From Bacteroidales bacterium (GTDB taxonomy: Bacteria > Bacteroidota > Bacteroidia > Bacteroidales > Prolixibacteraceae), in NCBI GenBank assembly GCA_038325635.1, contig JBBQJE010000001.1:1-41905 (forward strand): a DNA stretch of 41,905 bases. The letters run 5' to 3'. Positions 26,159-33,874 of the stretch are shown one piece after another (the stretch's first letter is position 1; the number at the start of each line of letters is the position of its first letter). The position numbers and the translations under genes are program-made. The notes beneath the pieces were generated by a model. It was given only the letters and a program-made list of their open reading frames with translations. It ran no database searches and had not been told where the DNA came from.

Positions 26159-26944
26159 ATGAAAAAATTAATATTTATTCCATTTTTGGTATTTGCCATA
26201 ACAGTATTTGCGCAAAAAGCAGAACCTACAAAAAAAGCAGAACCTACAAAAGAAGATCTGGCTAAAATGAAACCGGAGATGACAGAATTTTGGGATCCCG
26301 AAGTTGCTGTTGTTACACCAGGTGATTTGCCTTTAAACGCTCCTTCTGATGCAATTGTACTGTTTGATGGTACTCCTGAAAGTTTTAATGCTAACTGGAC
26401 GAATGTTAAGGGTGAACCTTCCGGCTGGAATGTAGCAGACGGTTGTTTCACAGTTGTCAGAGGTGCCGGAATCATCAAAAGCAAAGTGGAGTTGATGGAT
26501 TTTCAGATGCATATTGAATGGCGCACTCCGTCGGAAGTGAAAGGTGAAAGCCAGGGTCGAGGTAATTCAGGTATTTTCCTTCAGGGAAGATATGAATTGC
26601 AGGTATTGGATAATTACCAAAACAGAACCTACCGCAATGGACAGGCAGGATCAATTTACAAGCAATATGCCCCACTGGTCAATGTTTGCAAAAAACCGGG
26701 AGAATGGCAGTACTATGATGTTATCTATTCTGCGCCGCGCTTTAAGGAGGATGGAACAGTGTTCTCACCAGCCAGGGTAACAATATTGCAGAATGGAGTA
26801 TTGGTACAAAACAATATTTCACTTTTTGGACACACCGAATATATTGGAATTCCAAAATATGAGGCTCACGGTGCTGCCGCACTTGAATTGCAAGATCACG
26901 GAAACCCGGTAAGTTATAGAAATATCTGGGTCAGGAAGCTTTAA
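26159..26944 (+). CDS. DUF1080 (3-keto-disaccharide hydrolase-like) secreted protein
   Basis: 261 aa with a signal peptide. Motifs GNSGIFLQGRYELQVLD, LELQDHGNPVSYRNIWVRKL. An 18-bp tandem duplication (KAEPTK x2) lies at 26215-26248. Confidence 0.8.
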   Translation: MKKLIFIPFLVFAITVFAQKAEPTKKAEPTKEDLAKMKPEMTEFWDPEVAVVTPGDLPLNAPSDAIVLFDGTPESFNANWTNVKGEPSGWNVADGCFTVVRGAGIIKSKVELMDFQMHIEWRTPSEVKGESQGRGNSGIFLQGRYELQVLDNYQNRTYRNGQAGSIYKQYAPLVNVCKKPGEWQYYDVIYSAPRFKEDGTVFSPARVTILQNGVLVQNNISLFGHTEYIGIPKYEAHGAAALELQDHGNPVSYRNIWVRKL

Positions 26945-26970
26945 TAAGAAGTGGCTAAAGTGAACCCTTT

Positions 26971-28497
26971 ATGGAAAAAATACTCATCCTCGATTTCGGT
27001 TCCCAATACACCCAATTGATTGGTCGCAGGGTTCGCGAACTGAATGTATTTTGCGAAATACATCCATTTAATCACTACCCTGCCATTGATGATTCGGTGA
27101 AAGGTATCATCTTATCTGGTAGTCCCTATTCGGTAAGAGACGAGAAAGGACCCAGAATTGACCTATCCGAAATCAGAGGAAAAATACCACTTCTCGGCGT
27201 TTGTTATGGAGCTCAATATCTTGCCCATTTTTATGGTGGCGAGGTCGCGGCTTCCGACTCAAGAGAGTATGGCCGCGCGAAATTGAAATGGATAGAACGT
27301 ACCAATCGGCTTTTCAATCATATTAGCGATAATTCGCAGGTTTGGATGTCTCATGGAGATTCCATTATCCGGTTACCCGAAAATTACGAAGTAATTGCCT
27401 CTACCGAGGATGTTGAATTTGCGGCTTTCAAGGTAAAGCGTGAATCAACGTATGCCATTCAGTTTCACCCGGAAGTTTACCACACCTCTGAAGGCTCGCG
27501 TTTGCTGGAGAACTTTCTGGTTGATATTTGCGGATGCCATCAGGACTGGACTCCCGACTCATTTGTTGAAGCTACTATCGCCCAATTGCGCCAAAAATTG
27601 GGCGATGACAAAGTTGTGTTGGGACTTTCCGGTGGAGTAGATTCAAGTGTTGCCGGAGTTTTACTGCACAAAGCGATTGGGACCAAACTTACGTGTATTT
27701 TCGTTGACAACGGACTTCTGCGTAAAAATGAATTTTCCGATGTACTTGAATCATACAAAGGAATGGGACTTAATGTAATAGGCGTGGATGCGAAGCAGAA
27801 ATTCTGGAACGATCTTGCCGGAATTACAGATCCGGAAAAGAAAAGAAAGTCGATAGGTAAAAATTTTATCGAGGTTTTTGATGCTGAAGCCCATAAAATA
27901 CAAGACGTTAAATGGTTGGCTCAGGGAACAATTTATCCCGATGTTATTGAATCTGTGTCAGTGAATGGTCCTTCTGCCACCATTAAATCGCACCACAATG
28001 TTGGCGGTTTACCGGAGAAGATGAAACTTAAAGTGGTGGAACCGCTTAATCTTCTCTTCAAGGATGAAGTGAGAAGGGTTGGTAAGGCACTAGGTATCAA
28101 AGATGAACTTCTTGGTCGTCATCCATTTCCGGGCCCCGGACTAGGTATCCGAATACTTTCGGATGTTACACCCGAAAAAGTAAGAGTTTTGCAAGAGGCT
28201 GATGCCATTTTTACGCAAGCCTTGCGTGACTGGGGTCTTTACGACAAAGTATGGCAAGCAGGCATTATGCTGCTGCCAGTGCAATCAGTCGGTGTCATGG
28301 GCGATGAAAGAACTTATGAGAATGTAGTGGCCTTGCGGGCAGTGGCTTCCACCGATGGGATGACAGCCGACTGGGTTCATCTGCCATACGAATTTCTGGC
28401 AAAAGTATCGAATGATATTATCAACAAAGTTAAAGGAATTAACCGGGTGGTTTATGACATTAGTTCCAAGCCTCCGGCAACGATCGAATGGGAATAG
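26971..28497 (+). CDS. guaA: GMP synthase (glutamine-hydrolysing)
   Basis: 508 aa. GATase domain ([13 protein letters not shown]), ATP-PPase P-loop SGGVDSS and C-terminal PPATIEWE. Confidence 0.95.
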   Translation: MEKILILDFGSQYTQLIGRRVRELNVFCEIHPFNHYPAIDDSVKGIILSGSPYSVRDEKGPRIDLSEIRGKIPLLGVCYGAQYLAHFYGGEVAASDSREYGRAKLKWIERTNRLFNHISDNSQVWMSHGDSIIRLPENYEVIASTEDVEFAAFKVKRESTYAIQFHPEVYHTSEGSRLLENFLVDICGCHQDWTPDSFVEATIAQLRQKLGDDKVVLGLSGGVDSSVAGVLLHKAIGTKLTCIFVDNGLLRKNEFSDVLESYKGMGLNVIGVDAKQKFWNDLAGITDPEKKRKSIGKNFIEVFDAEAHKIQDVKWLAQGTIYPDVIESVSVNGPSATIKSHHNVGGLPEKMKLKVVEPLNLLFKDEVRRVGKALGIKDELLGRHPFPGPGLGIRILSDVTPEKVRVLQEADAIFTQALRDWGLYDKVWQAGIMLLPVQSVGVMGDERTYENVVALRAVASTDGMTADWVHLPYEFLAKVSNDIINKVKGINRVVYDISSKPPATIEWE

Positions 28498-28500
28498 GAT

Positions 28501-28570
28501 GCGGGTAGAGACGCATTAATTGTAGAGACGCGATAAATCGCGTCTCTACAATTAATGCGTCTCTACCCGC
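28501..28570. repeat. perfect 70-nt palindrome (34-bp arms) built from GTAGAGACGC units; REP-like, probably a bidirectional terminator
   Basis: gcgggtagagacgcattaattgtagagacgcgat (28501-28534), then aa, then its exact reverse complement (28537-28570). It fills the gap between the convergent guaA stop (28497) and vapC stop (28574). Confidence 0.85.
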
Positions 28571-28573
28571 GTT

Positions 28574-28990
28574 TCATGCAATTGCTGCCAAATATTCGCT
28601 GGCGGTCATAACGGGTATTTGACATCCTTTAAAATCTTTCCCGTTTCTGGTTATCAAAAGGTGGCAACCTGCTTTTAAGGCACTAAAATATTGAAGGGAA
28701 TCTTCAAAATCCGGCATATTGGAATTTAGCCCTTTTTCAATGATTAATTCATCCAGATCGCATATTTCAGAGATAATCCTGAATTTTCTTAACTTCTCTT
28801 TCGCTATTTCTGCATTCTCAAATTTTGTCAATAAATAATTTACAGTTGCATAGGACAATGCAGAAACTACTATAGTAATTTGCCCCTTATCTGCAAGCGT
28901 CGCAATCTTTGCAATGGAATCATAAAACGGAAGTCTATTGCCCAATAAATCCAACATAATATTAGTGTCGAGAAATAACCTGGTTCTCAT
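28574..28990 (-). CDS. vapC: PIN-domain type II toxin (VapC-like)
   Basis: 138 aa. N-terminal LFLDTNIMLD acidic motif, a central acidic residue (ICDLDE) and C-terminal ITRNGKDF are typical of PIN domains. A 4-nt ATGA overlap joins it to the upstream small gene. Confidence 0.8.
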   Translation of the reverse strand: MRTRLFLDTNIMLDLLGNRLPFYDSIAKIATLADKGQITIVVSALSYATVNYLLTKFENAEIAKEKLRKFRIISEICDLDELIIEKGLNSNMPDFEDSLQYFSALKAGCHLLITRNGKDFKGCQIPVMTASEYLAAIA

Positions 28991-29244
28991 TTATACTTAT
29001 TTTCTAAATGATTTGAGTACTCTTCTTTATAATCCAGATCTGCTGGGATAGAAATCCCCGAAGAGATGCTCTTTACAAACGGAGAAATCTGAATTTCCTC
29101 CACTTTTGAAGAATCATCTGGAGTCACCAACAATTCTAGGTATGATTCAATTACCCGCGATAAGCTTCTTTTATGTGATGTAGCATATTCTTTGGCCTTT
29201 TCAATCACATTCTTATCCAGTTTCAATGTTAATTTTGTGTCCAT
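28987..29244 (-). CDS. type II antitoxin partner of the PIN toxin (Bacteroidota DUF6364-like)
   Basis: 85 aa. The N-terminus MDTKLTLKLDKNVIEKAKEYA is RHH/antitoxin-like. It is translationally coupled to vapC. Confidence 0.6.
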   Translation of the reverse strand: MDTKLTLKLDKNVIEKAKEYATSHKRSLSRVIESYLELLVTPDDSSKVEEIQISPFVKSISSGISIPADLDYKEEYSNHLENKYK

Positions 29245-29315
29245 GACGAATTAATTTATACGTACAAAAATATCAATTAAATCCGTATGATGCAAAATTC
29301 AATAGCGAATATATT

Positions 29316-29410
29316 GCCCCGCTGGGGCGCTCGTGCTGTTGTGCTACCTAAAACCCAGGGCATTGCCTTGGGCTGGGTTGTATCCGGCCTTCAGCCGATT
29401 CATTGGCTAG
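29316..29410. repeat. GC-rich structured island of unknown nature (repeat remnant or small RNA candidate)
   Basis: Clearly more GC-rich by eye than the AT-rich spacer around it. Hairpins gcccc-gct-ggggc (29316-29328), cccagggc-att-gccttggg (29354-29372, one G-U pair) and agcc-gattcatt-ggct. The minus frame reads LKAGYNPAQGNALGF, a pseudo-peptide I associate with a dispersed repeat family. Confidence 0.3.
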
Positions 29411-29475
29411 TCGATGGATTTATTTTTCAAATACGATTCGGAAAGAACAATTGATGTTGACAATTATCAATTTTC

Positions 29476-30396
29476 CTACCCTACCACCACAAAATTTTCT
29501 GCCGTTAACTCCTTCTCCCCGCTCCAACGGTAAGCTGACAGTTTTCCGGTTGAATCAACGCAACTATCAAGGCAAGCAATGTTTTTCTGAACTATTTGAG
29601 CACCATCCGGCAGGCAATAATGTCCAAAGAATACGATTGGCAGATCCGGGGAATATGGTTCATAAGAGGGAGCAAGTTCGACTGGAAAATGATAATCCGG
29701 CAAAATAAATTTATTTCCAAAATAAAGTTGCCGAAAGGTCTTATTCGTTGGGTCCGTCCACCAGTTTAGCGTGAAGACCTTCCTGCTAAGGCCTTTGGAA
29801 CATTTAATAATCAGATCTTTGGGAGTTTTGAATTCGAGACCTTTCAATAATTTATAGACGATTACAGCCATATCAGGATGTTTTTCGTGCATTTCCCGGA
29901 TGAATTTTCTTTTCAATCGACCGTTAGGCAAATACTCTTTCAATTTTGAAATCTCCTGATCATTCCAGTAAGCGTGCCCGATCCTTATTTCACCCATATC
30001 GAGAAAAAAAGGAAGCGTGCGCATCCATTTAATATGATCTAACCACTCATCATTTAAATCTTTGAAGACTGTCAGGGTTTTCTGAATCTGATTTCTGTTT
30101 CCGGCAATGTGGCGAGACATAAAAGTACCGTTATCATCTTTTATGTGGTACAGAATACAGCTGTATTCGTGGTTTCCAAGTATCGCCAAGGCACTACCTG
30201 ATTCTACCATTGCACGAACGACTAATAAAGTTTCCCTAATTTCCGGTCCGCGATTGATGAAATCACCCACAAAAATGACTTTTCGTTCTTTATGCCTCCA
30301 AATACCATCGACACGCTTGTACCCAAGTTCGGAGAGAAGCCGCTTCAACAATGAGGCATATCCATGAATATCACCAATAATATCGTATCCGCTCAT
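29476..30396 (-). CDS. calcineurin-like metallophosphoesterase (PPP/ApaH/PrpE-like)
   Basis: 306 aa. Motifs IGDIHG, GDFINRGP and GNHE, in the order typical of lambda-phosphatase and diadenosine tetraphosphatase relatives. Confidence 0.8.
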   Translation of the reverse strand: MSGYDIIGDIHGYASLLKRLLSELGYKRVDGIWRHKERKVIFVGDFINRGPEIRETLLVVRAMVESGSALAILGNHEYSCILYHIKDDNGTFMSRHIAGNRNQIQKTLTVFKDLNDEWLDHIKWMRTLPFFLDMGEIRIGHAYWNDQEISKLKEYLPNGRLKRKFIREMHEKHPDMAVIVYKLLKGLEFKTPKDLIIKCSKGLSRKVFTLNWWTDPTNKTFRQLYFGNKFILPDYHFPVELAPSYEPYSPDLPIVFFGHYCLPDGAQIVQKNIACLDSCVDSTGKLSAYRWSGEKELTAENFVVVG

Positions 30397-30591
30397 GATC
30401 TAAACGTATTCGTCGAAAAAGGTTCGGCTTGGTAAAATTATGTTCTATGTAAAATTAGATTTATCATCCGATTTACCAAAAATTATTTTTAAGACAAAAT
30501 AAACTGAATAAGTAACAAAATTTACGATTTATACTTTCAGGAAATCTTCTATTTGTCTATGTTTACATCCGGACTTTCTAAATTAAACGAA

Positions 30592-31629
30592 ATGAATATA
30601 AAAAAAGAAGTTTTTGGGCAGTGCTGTCACGGCGAAAAGGTTTTCTTGTTCACACTTGTCAATCCGAAAGGGGTATCCGTCAAGATAACCAACTATGGAG
30701 CCATCATTACCTCCATTGAGATGCCGGATAAAAAAGGGAATAAAGAGAATATCGTTCTCGGGTTTAATACACTTGATGAATATCTGTCTTCTGAATATCA
30801 AGCTAATTATCCCTATTTTGGAGCTGTCTGTGGCAGATATTGTAACCGGATTGCAAATGGGAAATTGGATTTAGAAGGACAGACGTACCAACTAGCGATC
30901 AACAATGGACCCAACCATCTCCATGGTGGCAAAGTTGGTTTCGACAAGGCAATTTGGTCCCCTAAGACTATTGAGATGCCGGATTTCGTCGGATTAGAAT
31001 TAAAATACCGCAGCGTTCATCTGGAGGAAAACTATCCAGGAAACCTAGATGTTACAATCCTTTACAAATTAACACACAAAAACGAACTTCAAATTGAATA
31101 CAAAGCAGTAACGGATAGAACCACGGTTGTTAATCTTACCAACCATACTTATTTCAATCTAAAAGGAGGTAAGGAGAATATTTTCAATCATAAACTACTC
31201 ATCAATAGCAGAAAGCGAACGGTTAACAATTCTGATTTAATCCCTACCGGGGAAATTGTGGACGTGACAAATTCTTCGTTTGATTTTTCTTCAACGAAAG
31301 AAGTTGGTTCTGATATTAGTTCCCTTCCTGAGGGCTATGATCTCAATTATGTTCTGGATAATGAAGCAAAAAAGATGATTTTTGCCGCCAAACTATCTGA
31401 AGAAGAAAGTGGAAGATCTATTTCAGTCTCAACAATTGAGCCTGGCATTCAATTGTATACAGGATATTGGATTCCATCTCTCAATAATCGCTTTGGCAGT
31501 TACAGTGGGATTGCATTGGAGACACAGCATTTCCCTGATTCGCCAAATCATCCAGAATTTCCAACGACAATTTTGCATCCAGGGGAAACTTATAAATCAA
31601 AAACAATTCTACATTTCGCAACAAACTGA
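30592..31629 (+). CDS. galM: aldose 1-epimerase (galactose mutarotase)
   Basis: Motifs NHLHGG, LTNHTYFNL and ALETQHFPDSPN. I prefer ATG 30592 (MNIKKEVFG) over the tracked TTG at 30553. Confidence 0.85.
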   Translation: MNIKKEVFGQCCHGEKVFLFTLVNPKGVSVKITNYGAIITSIEMPDKKGNKENIVLGFNTLDEYLSSEYQANYPYFGAVCGRYCNRIANGKLDLEGQTYQLAINNGPNHLHGGKVGFDKAIWSPKTIEMPDFVGLELKYRSVHLEENYPGNLDVTILYKLTHKNELQIEYKAVTDRTTVVNLTNHTYFNLKGGKENIFNHKLLINSRKRTVNNSDLIPTGEIVDVTNSSFDFSSTKEVGSDISSLPEGYDLNYVLDNEAKKMIFAAKLSEEESGRSISVSTIEPGIQLYTGYWIPSLNNRFGSYSGIALETQHFPDSPNHPEFPTTILHPGETYKSKTILHFATN

Positions 31630-31721
31630 CGATGAACAAGCCATGATTTGTCGGCCTCAATCAACGTGAATTCCGTTGGAACGGGATTCCATGAGTTCAT
31701 TAAAAAACTAACAATTGACGA

Positions 31722-33635
31722 ATGAAAACATTAATCGAACTTTTTGAAACAAGTGTTAAGAGCTTTCCTGACAATCCATTGCTTTGGGAAAAATTGACTG
31801 CAAAATATGAGCCAACCACCTACAAAGAAGTTCAACAAGCTGTCTATGAGTTTGGTGCCGGACTGATGGCTCTTGGACTAAAAAAGGGTGAGAGAGCAGG
31901 CTTATTATCTGAAGGAAGAAACTATTGGCTAATCAGTGAACTTTCCATTTTATATTGCGGAGCAATCAACGTACCACTTTCAGTCAGGCTGGAACCCTCC
32001 GAATTAAAATTCCGAATTGAACATTCTGGTCTAAAAATGATGATCGTCTCCGCTGGACAGGCATCCAAATTGTCCGAAATTATAGATCAACTTCCTTCTC
32101 TTGAGAATGTTATCTTGTTGGATGGAAATGCAAATCCGGGTACGAAAGAAATTTCATTGAAAGATGTCATCGCAAAAGGAGTGGCCCTCCTTGCAAATGC
32201 TCAAAGCAAAATAGAATTTGAGCAGGTTTGGCAAAATATCCAACCGGACGATGTAGCCAATATTTCTTACACATCTGGTACCACGGCTGATCCGAAAGGT
32301 ATTATGCTTACCCATAACAATTATGCCGTAAATGTAAAACAGGCTCACACCGTACTGGAAATTTATCCCGATTTTATTACCTTGGCAACATTACCCTGGG
32401 ACCACTCTTTTGCACATACTGCCTGCCTTTAAACATTTATGATGAAGGGTGCATCTGTCGCATCTATTCAGTCCGGAAAGACTCCTATCGAAACGCTACG
32501 AAATGTTCCGATGAATATTAAGGAAATTAAGCCGACTATTATGATGAGCGTACCCGCTCTCTCTAAAAATTTCCGTAAGAATATTGAAAAAGGGATCCAA
32601 AGCAAGGGTGCATTCACAGAAAAGCTTTTCATTCATGCCTTGAAAGTTGGCTATTCATACAACGGTGATGGCTGGAATAAAGGCAAAGGCTGGAGACTAT
32701 TTCTTAAGCCGATGGTTCTATTGTACGACAAAATCCTGTTCTCCAAAATTCGTGAAAATTTTGGCGGTAATTTAAAATTTTTCATCGGAGGTGGCGCCCT
32801 GCTAGACACGGAGTTACAGCGATTCTTCAGTGCTATCGGGATACCCGTTTATCAGGGCTACGGATTAACGGAAGCCTCTCCTATCATTTCAGCTAATTCG
32901 CCTTATGAGGTCAAGTTTGGCTCCTCAGGTAAAGTCGTCAAATACCTTGAAATTAAGATCGTTGATAATGACAAGAAAGAACTTCCAGCTGGTGAAAAAG
33001 GTGAGATTCTTGTCAAAGGCGGAAATGTAATGAAAGGATACTGGAATAATCCGAAATCGACTTCAGAGACTATTATCAACGGATGGCTGCATACCGGCGA
33101 CATGGGTTATCTTGCGAAGGATGGCTTTTTATATGTATTGGGAAGATTTAAGAGCTTGCTGATAGGCAATGATGGAGAGAAATACAGTCCGGAAGGCATT
33201 GAAGAGTCAATCGTCGATCAATCATCCATTATTGAACAAGCGATGCTGTATAACAACCAGAATCCTTATACTGTTGGAATGTTCGTTCCAAATATTCCCG
33301 AGATTAGACGTCAATTGGACAAATTTGGAACCTCGCTCAAATTTGAGGAAGGATGTGTAAAAGCCTTAGAAATGATCAAACATGAAATTGATCAATACAA
33401 AAAAGGCGGAAAATTCGAGAATGAGTTCCCTGAAAGATGGTTACCAGCCTCTATACTAATTCTTCCTGAAGCGTTTACAGAACAAAACCACATGCTAAAC
33501 AGTACCATGAAGATGGTACGTGGTAAAATTACTGAACATTTTAAAAAAGAAATAGATTTTCTGTACACTCCGGAAGCAAAAAACATTGTAAATCAGATGA
33601 ATATTGCAGCTCTCAAGAAGTGGGAGAGTCAGTAA
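31722..33635 (+). pseudogene. long-chain-fatty-acid--CoA ligase (AMP-binding family) interrupted by one in-frame TAA
   Basis: ORFs 31722-32432 and 32439-33635 are in the same frame. The joined reading is ...LPWDHSFAHTACL*TFMMKGASVA... with TAA at 32430-32432. The AMP motif YTSGTTADPKG is in the first part; GYGLTE and the hinge/C-domain (GWLHTGDMG) are in the second. Confidence 0.75.
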
Positions 33636-33709
33636 AGCTAAGTAAAATAAATAAAAAAAGGTAAATGGCTTCAGCCATTTACCTTTTTTTATTTATTTTA
33701 CTTAGCTTT
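33634..33709. terminator. perfect 76-nt AT-rich palindrome (37-bp arms), a likely bidirectional terminator/insulator
   Basis: aaagctaagtaaaataaataaaaaaaggtaaatggct (33634-33670), then tc, then its exact reverse complement through 33709. It begins inside the ligase stop codon (33633-33635) and ends just before the TPP riboswitch. Confidence 0.8.
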
Positions 33710-33711
33710 GC

Positions 33712-33795
33712 ACAGAATTAGGGGTGCCTTAAACATACAGGCTGAGATCAAACCCATCGAACCTGTCCGGGTAATGCCGGAAAGGGAAAATGAAA
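33712..33795 (+). promoter_or_regulatory. TPP (THI-box) riboswitch
   Basis: Conserved aptamer core: GGGGTGC (33721), GGCTGAGA (33740), ACCC (33751), GAACCTG-TCCGGGTAATGCCGG (33759-33780), AGGGA (33782). It lies about 80 nt upstream of the TonB-dependent receptor start. The boundaries are approximate. Confidence 0.85.
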
Positions 33796-33874
33796 TTTCA
33801 ATTTCTAAAGTATCTCGGTCTGAACATCTATCGTTGCACTTCCTTGCTCGTTATCAATAATTTAATTGAAGGCA

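Noticed and set aside
26215-26248. 18-bp tandem duplication (KAEPTK x2) just after the DUF1080 signal peptide
   Set aside because: It is a real duplication in the sequence. However, it is only a two-copy linker expansion in a secreted protein, with no further implication I can support.
26140-26484. 114-aa minus-strand ORF opposite the DUF1080 gene
   Set aside because: It is antisense to a gene with a clear signal peptide and DUF1080 motifs. Its product is low-complexity (S/G/T/A-rich).
28501-28570. Possibility that the GTAGAGACGC repeats represent a CRISPR array
   Set aside because: There are only four units, arranged as two inverted pairs forming one palindrome. There are no regularly spaced unique spacers and no cas genes in the window.
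29403-29708. 101-aa plus-strand ORF spanning the GC-rich island and the phosphoesterase 3' end
   Set aside because: It mostly overlaps the motif-supported metallophosphoesterase gene in antisense. The remainder is the structured GC-rich element.
31722-33635. Treating 31722-32432 and 32439-33635 as two separate functional genes
   Set aside because: They share a frame and are separated by one stop plus two codons. The catalytic motifs of one AMP-binding enzyme are split between them. A single interrupted gene is the simpler reading.
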